From Dipteris shenzhenensis (Eukaryota), in the NCBI GenBank assembly GCA_047967505.1, contig CM106538.1: DNA of 64,000 nucleotides. One strand, 5' to 3'. This document shows positions 62,498 to 64,000 of this stretch, one piece after another (position 1 is the stretch's first letter; each line of letters begins with the position of its first letter). The notes below the pieces were generated by a model. That model ran no database searches. It saw only the letters and a list, made by a program, of their open reading frames with translations, and had not been told where the DNA came from. The position numbers and the translations under genes are program-made.

Positions 62498-64000
62498 TGT
62501 AAAGATAGTGGGAGAGAAGGAAGGAGTCTCACTTGTGGTCAGCTAACTAAGGTGGCATACTAACTGAGCCGTTCTATCGTGTGGTCAGTGGCCTATTTCG
62601 GGACCGACCCCTAGTCAACCGTTTTGGGTGGACTGGGTCAGTCACCAAATTGGCTCTAACCGACTACTTGTGGTGGCTATATAAGAGCAAGCCCGTGAAG
62701 CCCATTTCATCACTAGCTACAGTAACCCTGATTCCTTAGCATCCAGCCTCCGTCTTCTACTGTTTCCTACTTGCCATCGAAGCTTCTTTCACAGGAGCGC
62801 ACGGTTGGGACGCAGTGCCATCTATTGTATCAATTTTACAGTAATCAAATCTTTGATTCTCCATACTATCTATTTTCTCTCTTACGTATGAGATCCTGTT
62901 ATCTATTGAGCACAGACATTGTATTGTTTTCTTATGTGGTATTAGAGCCTGGACTCTAGCAAGAAGATTTGGTAGTGTGTTTCTGTTTGCAAGCAGATTC
63001 TGAGAGATGGCCCAGCCCGCAAGACTGCGAATCCCACCGTTCGACGAAAGTGGAAAGTTGGATGGCCCAACTATCCACTCTGGAAGTTCAAGATCAAGAC
63101 CATCCTAAGTGCATATGAGCTTTGGGATATTGCTACTGGGGTGGACCTGAAATTGGTCCCGAGACCAAAATCGACCAATGCAGCACAACAAATAGTACCA
63201 ACTGCGGATGAGATTCTCACGTGGACAAGAAGAAATGCAGATGCACTGTGTTCTATTGTCTGCAGTGTAAGTGATTCCATCATGGCGTTAATTCAACATG
63301 TCACCATGGTGGAGGAGGCATGGACGGTCTTGAAAAATCAGTACGAGACCACCAATCAGACATGGATTCAGAGTCTAGAGACTCAACTCACGAACGAGAA
63401 ACTATCTCACTCTAAAGCCGCAAAGAAGTTCATCATCAGGGTGAAGAATCTGCGCGATCAAATGACTGCGATTGGCATCACCATCACTAGCGAGAATCTA
63501 GCATGAAGGTGCATACCAAAGTACGACGGTCTTGTTACGGCACTGAATATGCAGAACAGAAATCCGCCCCTCAACTTTGAGGATTTCAATGCAATGCTTC
63601 TGGAGGAGATGCGTCAAAAGACGAGGACTGTGGAGAAGATTCGGCTTTCTATGCTGGATCAAAGAAAGATAAGGGTAAGGACTCTGGTAACCCATCTTCT
63701 TCTAATGATAAAAAGAGAAAGAAGATCAAGTGCTTCTATTGCAACAAGGCAGGGCCCAAGCAGAATGAGTGTCGAAAGAAGATTGCAGATGAGAAGAACG
63801 AAGTAAAGAAAGAGTCCAGCAACAACGCGCAGGCAATACCAGTAGAGCTATTCGTAGCAATTGAGGAGATTTGCACGGAGGCAATTCATGTACCTGCAGA
63901 TGAACCGTGGATTATTGACAGTGGTGCATTGCGCCAATGACCAGTCCGAAGGATTGGTATACCTCTCTACAGCCGGTAGGGAATGACATCCTTGTAGCAG
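62498..64000 (+). mobile_element. Second-family Ty1/copia, copy 2 (5' LTR, PBS, disrupted gag-PR), runs off the window
   Basis: LTR from TGTAA at 62498 to 62936, PBS TGGTATTAGAGC at 62937-62948, colinear with 30887-32330. Confidence 0.92.

Overview
Transposon-dense land-plant nuclear DNA (the element repertoire suggests a non-angiosperm, which is only an inference). No intact host gene was found. Main contents: (1) a decayed Ty3/gypsy pol split by a small nested LTR element, plus L1 and other LTR remnants (0.8-11 kb); (2) a near-complete non-chromovirus Ty3/gypsy element (11.1-19.7 kb) with an archaeal-type RNase H upstream of gag, an extended tRNA-His-complementary PBS and TA..TA LTR termini; (3) two inverted, independent insertions of a young Tork/Tnt1-like Copia, one intact with identical LTRs; (4) a ~3.5 kb unclassified module present twice in inverted orientation, encoding a decayed coiled-coil + RING-H2 protein and ending in 320-bp direct repeats, associated with a Sola2-like transposase remnant and arrays of AACCA..TGGTT palindromes; (5) two partial copies of a second Copia family; (6) a CACTA element with divergently oriented TnpD and TnpA-like genes; (7) a hAT remnant; (8) a cluster of host gene fragments (truncated nsLTP, MCU pseudogene). 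All assignments come from manual motif reading, and boundaries of decayed elements are approximate.
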